Of a DNA stretch of 64,000 bases, positions 8,089 to 17,742 are shown in pieces. The position numbers and the translations under genes were made by a program. Origin of the DNA: Candidatus Adlerbacteria bacterium (GTDB lineage Bacteria; Patescibacteriota; Minisyncoccia; Phycocordibacterales; SBAW01). Position 1 is the stretch's first letter. Each line of letters starts with the position of its first letter. The stretch is from the NCBI GenBank assembly GCA_029288895.1, contig JARIGK010000004.1, positions 77,621 through 141,620 of the forward strand, given 5' to 3'. A model generated the notes under the pieces. The model was not told the origin of the DNA. It worked only from the letters and a program-made list of their open reading frames with translations, and searched no databases.

Positions 8089-9621
8089 TTAGCGGGCAAA
8101 CTCTATCGCTCTGCTTTCACGAATGACGTTTACTTTGACTTCGCCCGGATATTTGAGTTCGTTTTCGATGCGGTTAGCGATGTTGCGAGCAAGCTCGCGT
8201 GCTTGGAAGTCCGTCATTTCGTCTGGTTTGACGAAGACGCGTACTTCGCGGCCAGCGGAGATTGCGTAGCATTTCTCGACGCCAGGGAAGGAGGTTGCAA
8301 TTTCTTCTATATCGCCCAAGCGCTTCAAGTACTGCTCGACGCTGTCGCGGCGGGCACCTGGGCGGCCGCCTGAAATTGCGTCCGCAACCTGCACGATGAT
8401 CGATTCCACCGTTTCGTACGGGTACTCTTCGTGGTGCGCCTGCATTGCCTTGACGACTTCTTCTGAAACGCCAAACTTCTGCAAGATGCGGCGGCCGATT
8501 TCCACATGGGTACCGGTGACTTCGTGGTCGAGCGCTTTGCCAATGTCGTGGAGGAGGGCGCCTGCTTTTGCAACCTGGACGTTTGCGCCCATTTCCTCGG
8601 CGATCATGCCGGCGATATGAGCCATTTCCGTTGAGTGCTGCAAGACTGACTGGCCAAATGACGTGCGGAAGTGGAGGCGGCCCAAGATCATCATGAGACG
8701 TGGGTCCAAGTTAAGGACGCCCGTTTCAAAGCAGGCAGCTTCGGCCTTTTCTTTGATGATCTTAGTGACATCGGCCTTTGCCTTTTCGACGTGCTCTTCG
8801 ATCTTTGCTGGCTGGATGCGACCGTCCAAGATCAAGTTTTCAAGCGCCATGCGCGCCACGGCGCGGCGAAGCGGGTCGAACGATGAGAGGACGATCGAGC
8901 CTGGTGTGTCGTCGATGATAACTTCAACGCCCGATGCGCGTTCAAACGCTTTGATGTTGCGCCCTTCTTTGCCGATGATTTTGCCTTTGATTTCGTCGTT
9001 CGGGATAGTAACCGCAGTTGCCATCGTGTCTGCAGCAACCGAGTTGCCGAGACGGTGGATAGCAGTTGTGAGGATTTCTTTTGCACGGCGCTCGACGCGT
9101 TCCATGCCGTCGCGTTCAAGCTTGGCAACGCGGACCATCAAATCTTCGCTCGCTTCTTTTTCAAGCTCTGAAAAAAGCTGTTCTTTTGCTTGGTCTTTGG
9201 TAAGGCCTGCAACGCGCGCAAGTTCCGAGGTGCGCTCGGAAAGGAGGGCCTGCGCCTTTTCTTTGAGCGCGGCAACTTCTTCGATGCGCGCTTTCACAGC
9301 AACAATTTCAGCATCAAGCTCGGCTTGTTTTTTGTCGAGCTGCTCCTCGCGTTTAAAGACACGGTCTTCGGCGCGAGTAATTTTCTCTTCCTTTTCCCTG
9401 AGGTCTGCGTCGGCTTGGGCAAGTTTTTGCTTCGCTTCCTCCTCTGCTTTTTCAGTTACAGCTTTAGCCTCAACTTGCGCATTGAGTAAACTTTGCTGTA
9501 TTTCTAACTCGAGAGAGTTTTTACGAGCGCGTAAAACGAGGAGACGGAGCCAGTAACCGATTCCAGCGCCCAACAGAAGCGCCAAAAGGCCCACGAGGGC
9601 CACTATTGTCTTGGTAACCAT
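8089..9621 (-). CDS. rny: ribonuclease Y
   Basis: N-terminal TM helix, a long coiled-coil, a KH domain ('IIGKEGRNIKAFE') and an HD domain ('HSTEMAHIAGMIAEEMGANVQVAKAGALLHDIGK'). Confidence 0.92.
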   Translation of the reverse strand: MVTKTIVALVGLLALLLGAGIGYWLRLLVLRARKNSLELEIQQSLLNAQVEAKAVTEKAEEEAKQKLAQADADLREKEEKITRAEDRVFKREEQLDKKQAELDAEIVAVKARIEEVAALKEKAQALLSERTSELARVAGLTKDQAKEQLFSELEKEASEDLMVRVAKLERDGMERVERRAKEILTTAIHRLGNSVAADTMATAVTIPNDEIKGKIIGKEGRNIKAFERASGVEVIIDDTPGSIVLSSFDPLRRAVARMALENLILDGRIQPAKIEEHVEKAKADVTKIIKEKAEAACFETGVLNLDPRLMMILGRLHFRTSFGQSVLQHSTEMAHIAGMIAEEMGANVQVAKAGALLHDIGKALDHEVTGTHVEIGRRILQKFGVSEEVVKAMQAHHEEYPYETVESIIVQVADAISGGRPGARRDSVEQYLKRLGDIEEIATSFPGVEKCYAISAGREVRVFVKPDEMTDFQARELARNIANRIENELKYPGEVKVNVIRESRAIEFAR

Positions 9622-9715
9622 AAAAAGTTGAAATATTCATATAAGTGAAACGCACACCCTTACAGTAGCAGGGGTGTGCGTTTGCAGCAACTAAAGATGG
9701 TGCCCGGAGGCAGGC

Positions 9716-10360
9716 CTATTTTTTAGCCGGAGTTTCGGGGATTGTGGCACCCTTGCTCGTGAAGATGTCGTCGATGATGCCGTACTTTTTAGCCTCATCT
9801 GCTGACATAAAGTAGTCGCGCTCGACGTCCTTCTCGATCTTCGAGAGAGTCTGGCCGGTTGCCTTCGAGAGGATCTTATTGAGGCGCTCGCGGGTAGCTA
9901 AAATGTGCCGGGCGGTGATTTCGATATCAGTTGCCTGGCCCTGCGCGCCGCCCCATGGCTGGTGGATCATCACTTCGGCGTTGGGGAGTGCAAAGCGCTT
10001 ACCTTTTGCACCTGCGGCCAAGATAATTGCTGCGGCCGATGCTGCCATACCAACGCAGACAGTCGCGACATCTGGTTTGATGTGGTTCATCGTGTCGAGC
10101 ATTGCCAAACCAGCAGACACCGAGCCGCCAGGGGAGTTGATGTAGAGCTGGATGTCCTTCTTTGGATCTTCCGATGCCAAGAACAGAAGCTGGGCGATAA
10201 CCAAGTTTGCGGTGTGGTCTTCTATCGGCCCCGAGAGGAAGATAATCCGGTCTTTAAGCAGACGCGAATAAATATCGAACGCACGTTCGCCGTACGGGCT
10301 CTTTTCAATAACCATCGGCACGAGCTGGTTGCGGATGTCGTATTTTTTGAGATGTTCCAT
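9716..10360 (-). CDS. clpP: ATP-dependent Clp protease proteolytic subunit
   Basis: '[18 protein letters not shown]...[32 protein letters not shown]' shows the canonical ClpP Ser-His-Asp context. Confidence 0.95.
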   Translation of the reverse strand: MEHLKKYDIRNQLVPMVIEKSPYGERAFDIYSRLLKDRIIFLSGPIEDHTANLVIAQLLFLASEDPKKDIQLYINSPGGSVSAGLAMLDTMNHIKPDVATVCVGMAASAAAIILAAGAKGKRFALPNAEVMIHQPWGGAQGQATDIEITARHILATRERLNKILSKATGQTLSKIEKDVERDYFMSADEAKKYGIIDDIFTSKGATIPETPAKK

Positions 10361-10369
10361 GCAGGAACT

Positions 10370-11431
10370 TTACTCCTTTTCTTCTTTGCCTTCAAGCAAC
10401 TGCAAGACTTTCTCGTTGCGGAGCACCGTTTCGATATGGATGCGGACGAGCTCGGGGCGGGCGTCGGGGAAGTGCTCGAGTGCATGTTTGAGCTCGTTGG
10501 CAACAGCCTCTTCGTCTGCTTCAATCTTTTCTTCTTCGGCGATTTTGTTCAGCGTCAGCTGGAGTTTTGCGCGCTGCGTTGCCTGCTGGCGGAATTCGGC
10601 GCGGATCTGCTCTTCAGTTTTCTCGACGCGCTTCAAGTAGTCGTCGAATGAGAGGCCAAAGCGCTGCGTGTCCTCGCGCATCTGGTTCAAAATTTTATCA
10701 AGTTCGCTGTCGATGAAGATGGCAGGCACTTCGATGGTCGTTTTCTCGAGCAATGCCTCGACGATTTTGCCGCGGCGCGCATCTTTTGCCTTCTGCTCCT
10801 TCTCCGTCTTCATATTGCTGCGGAGCTTCTGCTTCAAATCTTCGACGCCAGTAAAATCACCAAGCGATTTTGCAAAGTCATCAGTAAGTTCAGGCAAATT
10901 CTCCGGTTCCGCTGTTTTTTCTTCGCCTTGCGGGTTGGAATTTGATTTCGCATATGCGCGGCGGATAGACGTGAGCGCTTCGTCGACTTCTGCATCCAAA
11001 ATATCTACCACCGTTTCAACTTCGACGCCTTCGCCGATCTTCTTCCAATTCTTTGGGAGCGAAATTTCAGGGTAGACGCTCGTGCGCACAACAATAGCCA
11101 CAGGGTTGCCTGGTGCCAACTTGGTGATGCGTATATCGGGGCGGCCTACGGCATCTTTTGCGTGTGCCTGCACCAGTTCGACATAGAAGTCGCGCATAAA
11201 GAGCTCAACTGCCTCTTCGAGGATGGCTACCTCGCCAAACTTCTTCTGTGCAATGTCGGCAGGGACATGGCCTTTGCGGAAGCCAGGCATATCAAGCTGG
11301 GCAGCCAATAGGGCCAAGGCCTTGTCGTGGTAGGGGGCAATAACATCAGCCGGGATTTCGCCGGTGAGTTCTATTTCTGATTCGGGCAGCTGTTTCTTAG
11401 CGAATGACTTCGCGAGTTCTTCAAATGACAT
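10370..11431 (-). CDS. tig: trigger factor (short form, 353 aa)
   Basis: N-terminal ribosome-binding signature 'GFRKGHVP'. The tig-clpP adjacency is classic. Confidence 0.85.
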   Translation of the reverse strand: MSFEELAKSFAKKQLPESEIELTGEIPADVIAPYHDKALALLAAQLDMPGFRKGHVPADIAQKKFGEVAILEEAVELFMRDFYVELVQAHAKDAVGRPDIRITKLAPGNPVAIVVRTSVYPEISLPKNWKKIGEGVEVETVVDILDAEVDEALTSIRRAYAKSNSNPQGEEKTAEPENLPELTDDFAKSLGDFTGVEDLKQKLRSNMKTEKEQKAKDARRGKIVEALLEKTTIEVPAIFIDSELDKILNQMREDTQRFGLSFDDYLKRVEKTEEQIRAEFRQQATQRAKLQLTLNKIAEEEKIEADEEAVANELKHALEHFPDARPELVRIHIETVLRNEKVLQLLEGKEEKE

Positions 11432-11454
11432 GGAGCGATACTACTGTATTGTGG

Positions 11455-11627
11455 CTATGCGGGCAACTGCGCCTCTTGTTCTTGCTGGCGCATCGCGCGG
11501 TTGTGGCGTTCTTGCTGTACAAGGAAGTACACGCCCGCGACAACTAATATAAGAACGATGATGATAGTAGCCGAAAGGGGCCCGACGGACCCCTCTCTTT
11601 TTTCTGTTGTGCGAGGAGAATCGTCCA
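11455..11627 (-). CDS. possible small membrane protein (57 aa, not in ORF track)
   Basis: Manual translation gives 'MDDSPRTTEKREGSVGPLSATIIIVLILVVAGVYFLVQQERHNRAMRQQEQEAQLPA' with one clear TM helix. Weak GAGGT upstream. It fills the tig-ppa gap. Confidence 0.3.
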
Positions 11628-11665
11628 TGAGGTAATTGTACCTCGGGGACCGATATCCACACCAA

Positions 11666-12202
11666 TTATTTAGCGAACTTTTGGTTGTAGAGCTCGACGG
11701 AGCGCTTCACTGCCTCCATTGCCTCAGCTTTACCTTTGATGCCGTTGATTTCTACTGGTGCTGGCTTGCCCTTGAGCGCTTTGTAGGTCTCGAGGAAGTG
11801 CTGGATCTCTTTGAGGGTGTGCTTGTTCAAATCGGCAACATCCTGCACGTCATCCCAGCGCTTGTCGTTTGTTGGTACGGCAACGATTTTAAAATCGCTT
11901 TCGCCTGTGTCGATCATTTCAATGACGCCAACGGGGCGGACTGCGACCATAATGCCAGGGTTAAGCGGCCAGGTAGTCATGACAATAACGTCGAGGGCGT
12001 CGCCATCGTCCCAAAGGGTCTTTGGTGCAAAGCCGTAGTCGTAGGGGAAGGCAGCGTCCGAGTAGTTTGCACGGTCGAGTGCAATAAGGCCGGTCTCCTT
12101 ATCTATCTCGTACTTATTGTGCGAGCCTTTAGGGACCTCGATAATGACATTAATTTCGTTCGGGACATTGTCGCCGAGCGGTACATCGTGCCAGAGATTC
12201 AT
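11666..12202 (-). CDS. ppa: inorganic pyrophosphatase
   Basis: 'DGDALDVIV' and 'YDYGFAPKT' family I PPase signatures. Confidence 0.92.
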   Translation of the reverse strand: MNLWHDVPLGDNVPNEINVIIEVPKGSHNKYEIDKETGLIALDRANYSDAAFPYDYGFAPKTLWDDGDALDVIVMTTWPLNPGIMVAVRPVGVIEMIDTGESDFKIVAVPTNDKRWDDVQDVADLNKHTLKEIQHFLETYKALKGKPAPVEINGIKGKAEAMEAVKRSVELYNQKFAK

Positions 12203-12225
12203 GGTTAGAAGTATAGCTTAGGTTA

Positions 12226-13428
12226 TTACTCGACCGCGATATTCTCGTCGGTTGCTGCTTCGTCCGCAGGAACTTCGCCTTGTTCATCTGCGATGGTGTC
12301 GCCGCGGGTCGACTGGATGTCGATGCGCCAGCCGGTCAACTTGGCTGCCAAACGGACGTTCTGCCCACCGCGGCCAATTGCCAAGGACTGCTGGTCTTCT
12401 GCGACTTTAATTGATGCTTTGTGTTCTGCCTCGTCCAAATCAACTGAGGTAATGCGTGCTGGCGAGAGAGCCTCTTCGATAAATGCCTTTGGATCCTCGT
12501 TCCACTCGATGATGTCGATCTTTTCGCCGCCAAGTTCCGACGTCACCGTCGAAACACGAACGCCGCGCTGGCCAACGAGCGAGCCGACTGGGTCAACATG
12601 CGGGTCTGTGGATGCCACCGCGACCTTCGAGCGCGAACCTGCTTCGCGAGCGATTGCTTTAAAGACAACGGTGCCGTGTGCTGCTTCTGGCGCTTCCATT
12701 TCGAAGAGCTTTGCCAAAAACTGTGGGTTTGCACGCGAAAGGCGGAGGTAAATACCGCGAGGTGATTCTTCTACTTGGTAGAGCAATGCGCGGATGCGCT
12801 CGCCTTGGCGGTAGCGTTCGCCTGGAATTTGTTCGTCGTACGGCAAGATGCCGGTTGCGCGGCCGAGGTCCACATAAATATTGCCGCGTTCCATGCGCTG
12901 CACGGTGCCAGTGACAATAGAACCTGCGCGCTGGCCAAATTCTGCAACAACAGACACCTTTTCTGCTTCGCGGATCTTCTGGATGATGACCTGTTTTGCC
13001 GTTTGTGCTGCGATGCGGCCGTAGTCGTCCTTCATTTCAAGCGGGAAGACGAGCTCGTCGCCAACCTTTGCGTCGCGCTTGATAAACTTTGCGTCTTCGA
13101 TAGTGATGTGCTGCTCGGGGTTAAAGCGGGGGAGCAAGAGGATAGGGTTGCCTTCCTCGTCGTACTGCTGTTCCTGCACTTCTTCCTCTGCGCCTTCTTC
13201 GACAAAGCGGACGGTGGTGTCATCAACCACTTCTTTTACTTGAGAAAATTCGGTCGAGCCGCTGTCCATGTCGAGGGTGGCACGGATAATCTGCCCGCGT
13301 TTTGCGTACTCTTTTTTATATGCAGTTGCGAGTGCAGCCTCGATTGCTTCGATGACTTTTGCACGGGGGATACCGCGCTCCTCTTCGAGCTCGCCGAGCA
13401 CTGAATTCATTACTTTGAGGTCAAACAT
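12226..13428 (-). CDS. nusA: transcription termination/antitermination factor NusA
   Basis: NusA N-terminal domain, an S1 domain and two KH domains ('GRGGQNVRLAAKLTGWRIDI'). Confidence 0.92.
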   Translation of the reverse strand: MFDLKVMNSVLGELEEERGIPRAKVIEAIEAALATAYKKEYAKRGQIIRATLDMDSGSTEFSQVKEVVDDTTVRFVEEGAEEEVQEQQYDEEGNPILLLPRFNPEQHITIEDAKFIKRDAKVGDELVFPLEMKDDYGRIAAQTAKQVIIQKIREAEKVSVVAEFGQRAGSIVTGTVQRMERGNIYVDLGRATGILPYDEQIPGERYRQGERIRALLYQVEESPRGIYLRLSRANPQFLAKLFEMEAPEAAHGTVVFKAIAREAGSRSKVAVASTDPHVDPVGSLVGQRGVRVSTVTSELGGEKIDIIEWNEDPKAFIEEALSPARITSVDLDEAEHKASIKVAEDQQSLAIGRGGQNVRLAAKLTGWRIDIQSTRGDTIADEQGEVPADEAATDENIAVE

Positions 13429-13520
13429 AAGGGTTTAGTTAGTTTGTTTAAAAGGAGAACCGCCCTCTCGGGGCGGTTTCCAGATATCCACACTGTACTC
13501 CTCATATATACTGTAGTCAA

Positions 13521-14297
13521 GTGAAGCGGGATATGCGGCTCTATATAACGGTAGGTGCAGGGCTTATAGCCTCGGGGCTTTTGGCATGGGCCTCCTTCTA
13601 TATATATACGGGGAAGGGGTGGCTCGTACTTGAGCGCAAAGAAACCGTGGCGGATTTTTACTTTAACCGCGGCCTCTACTATTTTAACGGCAAAGCCTAT
13701 AACCTTTCTGTTGCAGAACATGCATTTGAGCAGGCGCTGGCGCACGCCGGTGGCCCATACCCATACGCGCACTACGAGCTTGGCCGCATCTATTTTATCC
13801 ATGGCAATTTCTCGTCTGCGTTGGCAGAAATGGATATGGAGCTTGGGGCATACCCCGACCACGCAAAAGCCCACTATATGAAAGGTCTCATCTATGGGTA
13901 TCGAAAACAATACATCCAGGCCGAGCACGAGTTTATTGCGTTTAATGCGGCCGTGCCACGGCAGTGGGCTGGATACAACGATTTGGCGTGGGTTTATTTC
14001 TCTGAAGGTGCGTATGCCGATTCAGCACGTGCTGCACAACAAGGGCTTGCTGTCGTACCGGGTAACCCCTGGCTCCAAAATTCGTACGCAGTTGCAGAAC
14101 TTAACCTGGGTAAGTACAAAGAGGCAGAACTATATTTCACAAAATCGTATGATGCATTTATGGCGATGAGCGAAGAAGAGTGGGGACGGTCATACCCAGG
14201 GAACGATCCTGCACAATACGCATCAGGGCTCGAGCAGATTCGTACTGCTGTTGCGCACAACCTTACGCTTGTCCACAGTAAACTCGGGGAACAGTAG
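13521..14297 (+). CDS. membrane-anchored TPR-repeat protein
   Basis: N-terminal TM helix 'LYITVGAGLIASGLLAWASFYIY' followed by TPR-like repeats (multiple 'A..Y..G..Y...G.Y..A' blocks). Confidence 0.55.
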   Translation: MKRDMRLYITVGAGLIASGLLAWASFYIYTGKGWLVLERKETVADFYFNRGLYYFNGKAYNLSVAEHAFEQALAHAGGPYPYAHYELGRIYFIHGNFSSALAEMDMELGAYPDHAKAHYMKGLIYGYRKQYIQAEHEFIAFNAAVPRQWAGYNDLAWVYFSEGAYADSARAAQQGLAVVPGNPWLQNSYAVAELNLGKYKEAELYFTKSYDAFMAMSEEEWGRSYPGNDPAQYASGLEQIRTAVAHNLTLVHSKLGEQ

Positions 14298-14322
14298 GCC
14301 CAGTGCTACACTAAATTCACAT

Positions 14323-15198
14323 ATGAAGCAGATCTTGAATGCAGATCGCGTTCGTATAGCTGGAACGTCTCTCGCTGTGTTGGCTCTCCTTGCAGGGGCG
14401 CATTTTTTTGCTGACGCTCGCTCGTCATCTGTTGAAGTCGGGTTTGCGTCATTGTCGCCAAATGGTACTGCTGGGGGGAGTATTATCCCCGCATCGTGCA
14501 GCTCTTCATTCGATTCTGGCGATGTCCAATCATGCACACGTACCAACTCGTGCGGACAATCAAACACAGGAGTTACCACCGATTGTTCGGGGACGTGCTC
14601 TGTAAGTGCTCCGGCCGAATCAGGCTGCCCACAGCCACCAACTGTCTATATATGCACTGGCGCAAACTGTACGCCGACAAGCAACTCGACTGTTACCGTC
14701 ATTGCGGGGTCGGCCGTCACTGTTAAATGGGTATGCCCATCGCCGAACACGTCGGTGTCCGGTACAAGTAACCCTGTAAATAGCGGCTTTTCATTCTCTG
14801 GCGGAGCCTTGCAAGGCACGAAAACTGCGACGATTAACCAGAGCAGTACATTTACGGTGGCCTGCGATCAAACTGGTACCCAAGCAAGCGTGACTGCGAC
14901 TGCAATTAACCCAACAGCATCTGTCACGGCAACGCCATCCCGCGTCCACTCGGGCCAAACTTCGACCATTAGCTGGTATGCATCAGGTGTCACAAGCTGC
15001 ACCTTGAATGGTCCGGGCACGGTAGATGGTCCGGTAACGGCAACGGGCGGCAACATTGCATCTCAAAGCAGCCCTCGTCAAAAAGGTACCGCAGCAATCA
15101 CAGGGCAGAGCACCTACACACTCACGTGCCAGACAAGCGGTGGGCCAAAAACCGCAAGCGTGGTCGTCAACTTAGTCCCTGTTGAGATAGAACTCTAA
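14323..15198 (+). CDS. secreted/surface Ser/Thr/Cys-rich protein with Ig-like repeats
   Basis: Internal ATG 14323 gives a signal-anchor 'RIAGTSLAVLALLAGAHFFA'. The remainder is Ser/Thr/Cys-rich with repeated 'TVT..S...TC' beta-strand-like units. The stop overlaps the start of the downstream ATPase (TAAATG). Confidence 0.55.
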   Translation: MKQILNADRVRIAGTSLAVLALLAGAHFFADARSSSVEVGFASLSPNGTAGGSIIPASCSSSFDSGDVQSCTRTNSCGQSNTGVTTDCSGTCSVSAPAESGCPQPPTVYICTGANCTPTSNSTVTVIAGSAVTVKWVCPSPNTSVSGTSNPVNSGFSFSGGALQGTKTATINQSSTFTVACDQTGTQASVTATAINPTASVTATPSRVHSGQTSTISWYASGVTSCTLNGPGTVDGPVTATGGNIASQSSPRQKGTAAITGQSTYTLTCQTSGGPKTASVVVNLVPVEIEL

Positions 15199-16938
15199 AT
15201 GGTAGTCGACGAGCGCCGGCTCAAAGACTTTTTATTTGATACGGGCGTTCTACCCCGAGGCGAACTTGATCGCGCCCATACCCTTGCGCGCGAGCGTGAT
15301 ACGTCGCTTGCCGACACGCTTGTTGCCACGGGTATGCTCCGCGATGATGATGTGCGCCGCGCACTTGCGCATGTGCTTGGCGTGCCGTTTGTCATCATTT
15401 CAAAAGATATGCTCGTACCAGAAGCTCTGTCGCTCTTGCCCGAGCCGTTTTCGCGCGCGCGCAACGCGGTGGTGCTCTCAGTACAGGGAAATGCGGTAGA
15501 AGTCGCGCTGCTCGATATAGACGACCTTAGGGCTGTTCAAGAACATGTTGGCGCTGCCCGCGTGGTGCGCCCGCGTTTGACGAATCGCGAATCATTGATG
15601 CGCGCATTGCTTTACTATCAGAAACATTTGAAAGATACGTTTGGTGCTGCGTTGGCTGCCGAATGCGCTCGCATTGGCGCGGCTTCATCGATGAGCGATG
15701 CGTCGAGCCATGACGCGCTCGTGCGCGCTGCCGACTTATTGTTGTCGCACGCACTGCATCAGCAGGCACATGCCGTCCATATCGAACAGGGCGAGCGGGG
15801 GTTGCGCGTACGCTATCGCACACAGGGCGGCCTCTTTGACGCGATGACACTGCCGGGCGCTGCCGCCATGCCGCTTATCGCACGCTTTAAATTGCTCGCA
15901 CAACTGCCGCTCCAAAGCGACACGCCAGGGCTTGGGCGATTTAAAATTTCGCACACCGATGGCTCAGTTGTTGGCATTACCGTCTCGACGGTGCCGCAGA
16001 TAACAGAAGCGGGTACAGGAGAAAAACTTGTGCTGGCCTTTGTGCACGAAGGGAGCGGCCGCCGCGGCCTTTCGCTTGCGGCACTATCCTGGACGCCGTC
16101 GAATACGAGAGAACTCCGCCGCGCACTGTCGGCCCGTTCGGGGCTCGTGCTTGTTTGTGGCGACGAAGGCGCAGGGAAGACAACACTGTTGTATACGTTG
16201 ATGGATCAGCTCGCGAGCGGGGAGAAAAGTTTAGTAAGTGTCGAGTCCCAGGTGAGCTATATCGTCCCTGCAGTGGCGCAGATGGAAGTTAACGAGGGCC
16301 TTGGCCTTACGCCAGCGTCGTGCCTGCGCGCACAACTGCGCCAAGATGCGGACGTCATTATGGTGGACTGCGCACTCGACGACGAAGTTGCGACGCTTGC
16401 CGCAAACGCTGCCAATAGAGGCGCGCTTGTACTTATGAGCGTCCCCGCTTCATCTGCCGCAGAAGGCGTCGAGTATCTGCAGGAGCTTGGTGTGCCCTCG
16501 GCGTTGCTCGCATCAACACTTGTAGCGTCTATTGCAACGGCGACTGTACCGCGTCTGTGCCCTCACGTCCGAAATGAACATCGCCTCTCGCGTACAGAGC
16601 AGTCAGAACTTGAAGAGCGCATTGATATCAAACGCGTGTTGGATGAATTAAAGGCCGAACACATGCTCGGCGCACACACGGCATGGAAAGAAGTGCAGAT
16701 GTTTGATGCATCACCGTGTGCAGAATGCGAAGGTGGCTACAAGGGGACGCTCGGCCTCCAAGAGGTGTTGCCCGTAACGCGCACGCTCAAAGACGCGATC
16801 CGAGGCGGGGCAGGTGCAGAGGAATTGGCCGCGCAGGCGAAGGAAGAAGGGATGATGACAATTGCCGACGACGCCCTGTATAAAGCGGTGCAAGGCAGTG
16901 TTAGTGCCGAGGTACTCCTTCTCGTAGCAGGCCGCTAG
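15199..16938 (+). CDS. GspE/PilB-family secretion ATPase homologue with divergent catalytic motifs
   Basis: T2SSE_N-like N-terminal domain. Walker A 'GDEGAGKTT' and a C-terminal tetracysteine Zn motif (CPHV...C...CAEC) are present. Canonical Walker B 'DIIMVGEIRD' is replaced by 'DVIMVDCALDD' and the His-box 'TLHTN' by 'SVPAS'. The gene is GC-rich. Confidence 0.7.
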   Translation: MVVDERRLKDFLFDTGVLPRGELDRAHTLARERDTSLADTLVATGMLRDDDVRRALAHVLGVPFVIISKDMLVPEALSLLPEPFSRARNAVVLSVQGNAVEVALLDIDDLRAVQEHVGAARVVRPRLTNRESLMRALLYYQKHLKDTFGAALAAECARIGAASSMSDASSHDALVRAADLLLSHALHQQAHAVHIEQGERGLRVRYRTQGGLFDAMTLPGAAAMPLIARFKLLAQLPLQSDTPGLGRFKISHTDGSVVGITVSTVPQITEAGTGEKLVLAFVHEGSGRRGLSLAALSWTPSNTRELRRALSARSGLVLVCGDEGAGKTTLLYTLMDQLASGEKSLVSVESQVSYIVPAVAQMEVNEGLGLTPASCLRAQLRQDADVIMVDCALDDEVATLAANAANRGALVLMSVPASSAAEGVEYLQELGVPSALLASTLVASIATATVPRLCPHVRNEHRLSRTEQSELEERIDIKRVLDELKAEHMLGAHTAWKEVQMFDASPCAECEGGYKGTLGLQEVLPVTRTLKDAIRGGAGAEELAAQAKEEGMMTIADDALYKAVQGSVSAEVLLLVAGR

Positions 16939-16959
16939 CGAACGCGGTATATTTGAGTA

Positions 16960-17742
16960 GTGAAAAAGCGCATCATTGCCGGGAACTGGAAGCTGTATAT
17001 AGAAGAGGTAGATGCGGCAAAGAAGCTCGCGTCGACATTGAAGCGTGCGCGCAGCAAAACTCCGAATATTGATTTGATTGTGTTGCCATCGGCGACACTG
17101 TTGGGCACGGTTGCCGGGGCGCTTAAAGGATCGAACATTGCCGTGGGCGCCCAAGCAATACAACCATTCCAAAGTGGCGCGTATACCGGCTACGTGTCGC
17201 CTGCTGCCGTAAAGGAAGTGGGTGCGACGTGGGCACTCGTAGGGCACAGCGAGCGCCGCATGCAAACAATTGATGGCGTGCCTGCTGCGGGCGAAAGTGA
17301 CGAGCAGGTTGCCGCACAAGTACGCGCCGCTCACGAAGCGGGGCTCAAAGTAATGCTCTGTATTGGTGAGGTAGAGCGCGACCCGGGCGGCGCGCATTTT
17401 TCTGTTATCGAACGCCAACTTTCATCGGCACTTTCACCGCTCGCAAAAACAAATATCAAATTGGCGATTGCCTACGAACCCGTGTGGGCAATAGGGAAGA
17501 CGTCGGCAGATGCAATGAAGCCAGCTGATTTAGAAGAGATGGTGATTTTTATCCGCCGCACGCTGACAGAGTTGTTTGACCGCGCGGCTGCTGCAAAAAT
17601 CCCGATTTTGTACGGAGGCTCGGTCGATGCAAGTAACGCGCACGAGTTGCTTACGCAGGGTGGTGTTGTTGGGTTTTTGGTGGGGCGTGCAAGTACGGAT
17701 AGCAAATCATGTATAGAACTTTTGAAGGTATGCCAGGGATAA
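16960..17742 (+). CDS. tpiA: triosephosphate isomerase
   Basis: GTG start. 'IAGNWKL', 'VGHSERR' and 'ILYGGSV' TIM signatures. Confidence 0.9.
   Translation: MKKRIIAGNWKLYIEEVDAAKKLASTLKRARSKTPNIDLIVLPSATLLGTVAGALKGSNIAVGAQAIQPFQSGAYTGYVSPAAVKEVGATWALVGHSERRMQTIDGVPAAGESDEQVAAQVRAAHEAGLKVMLCIGEVERDPGGAHFSVIERQLSSALSPLAKTNIKLAIAYEPVWAIGKTSADAMKPADLEEMVIFIRRTLTELFDRAAAAKIPILYGGSVDASNAHELLTQGGVVGFLVGRASTDSKSCIELLKVCQG

Noticed and set aside
8663-9556. 297-aa + ORF (and several others) antisense to rny
   Set aside because: Extremely Ser/Ala/Arg-rich low-complexity translation. rny on the opposite strand has clear KH and HD domains. This is a classic shadow ORF.
9905-10651. 248-aa + ORF antisense to clpP/tig
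   Set aside because: Spans two well-supported minus-strand genes and their intergenic region. The composition is implausible.
12775-13404. 209-aa + ORF antisense to nusA
   Set aside because: Shadow ORF. nusA domains on the opposite strand are unambiguous.
16711-17418. 235-aa minus ORF across the PilB-like/tpiA junction
   Set aside because: Crosses two + strand genes and their boundary. Cys/Arg-rich nonsense composition.
17709-17742. 34-nt overlap between tpiA and the longest pgk ORF
   Set aside because: pgk most likely starts at the internal Met 17730 (MPGIKNIK…), which reduces the overlap to 13 nt. This is not evidence of a fusion or frameshift.
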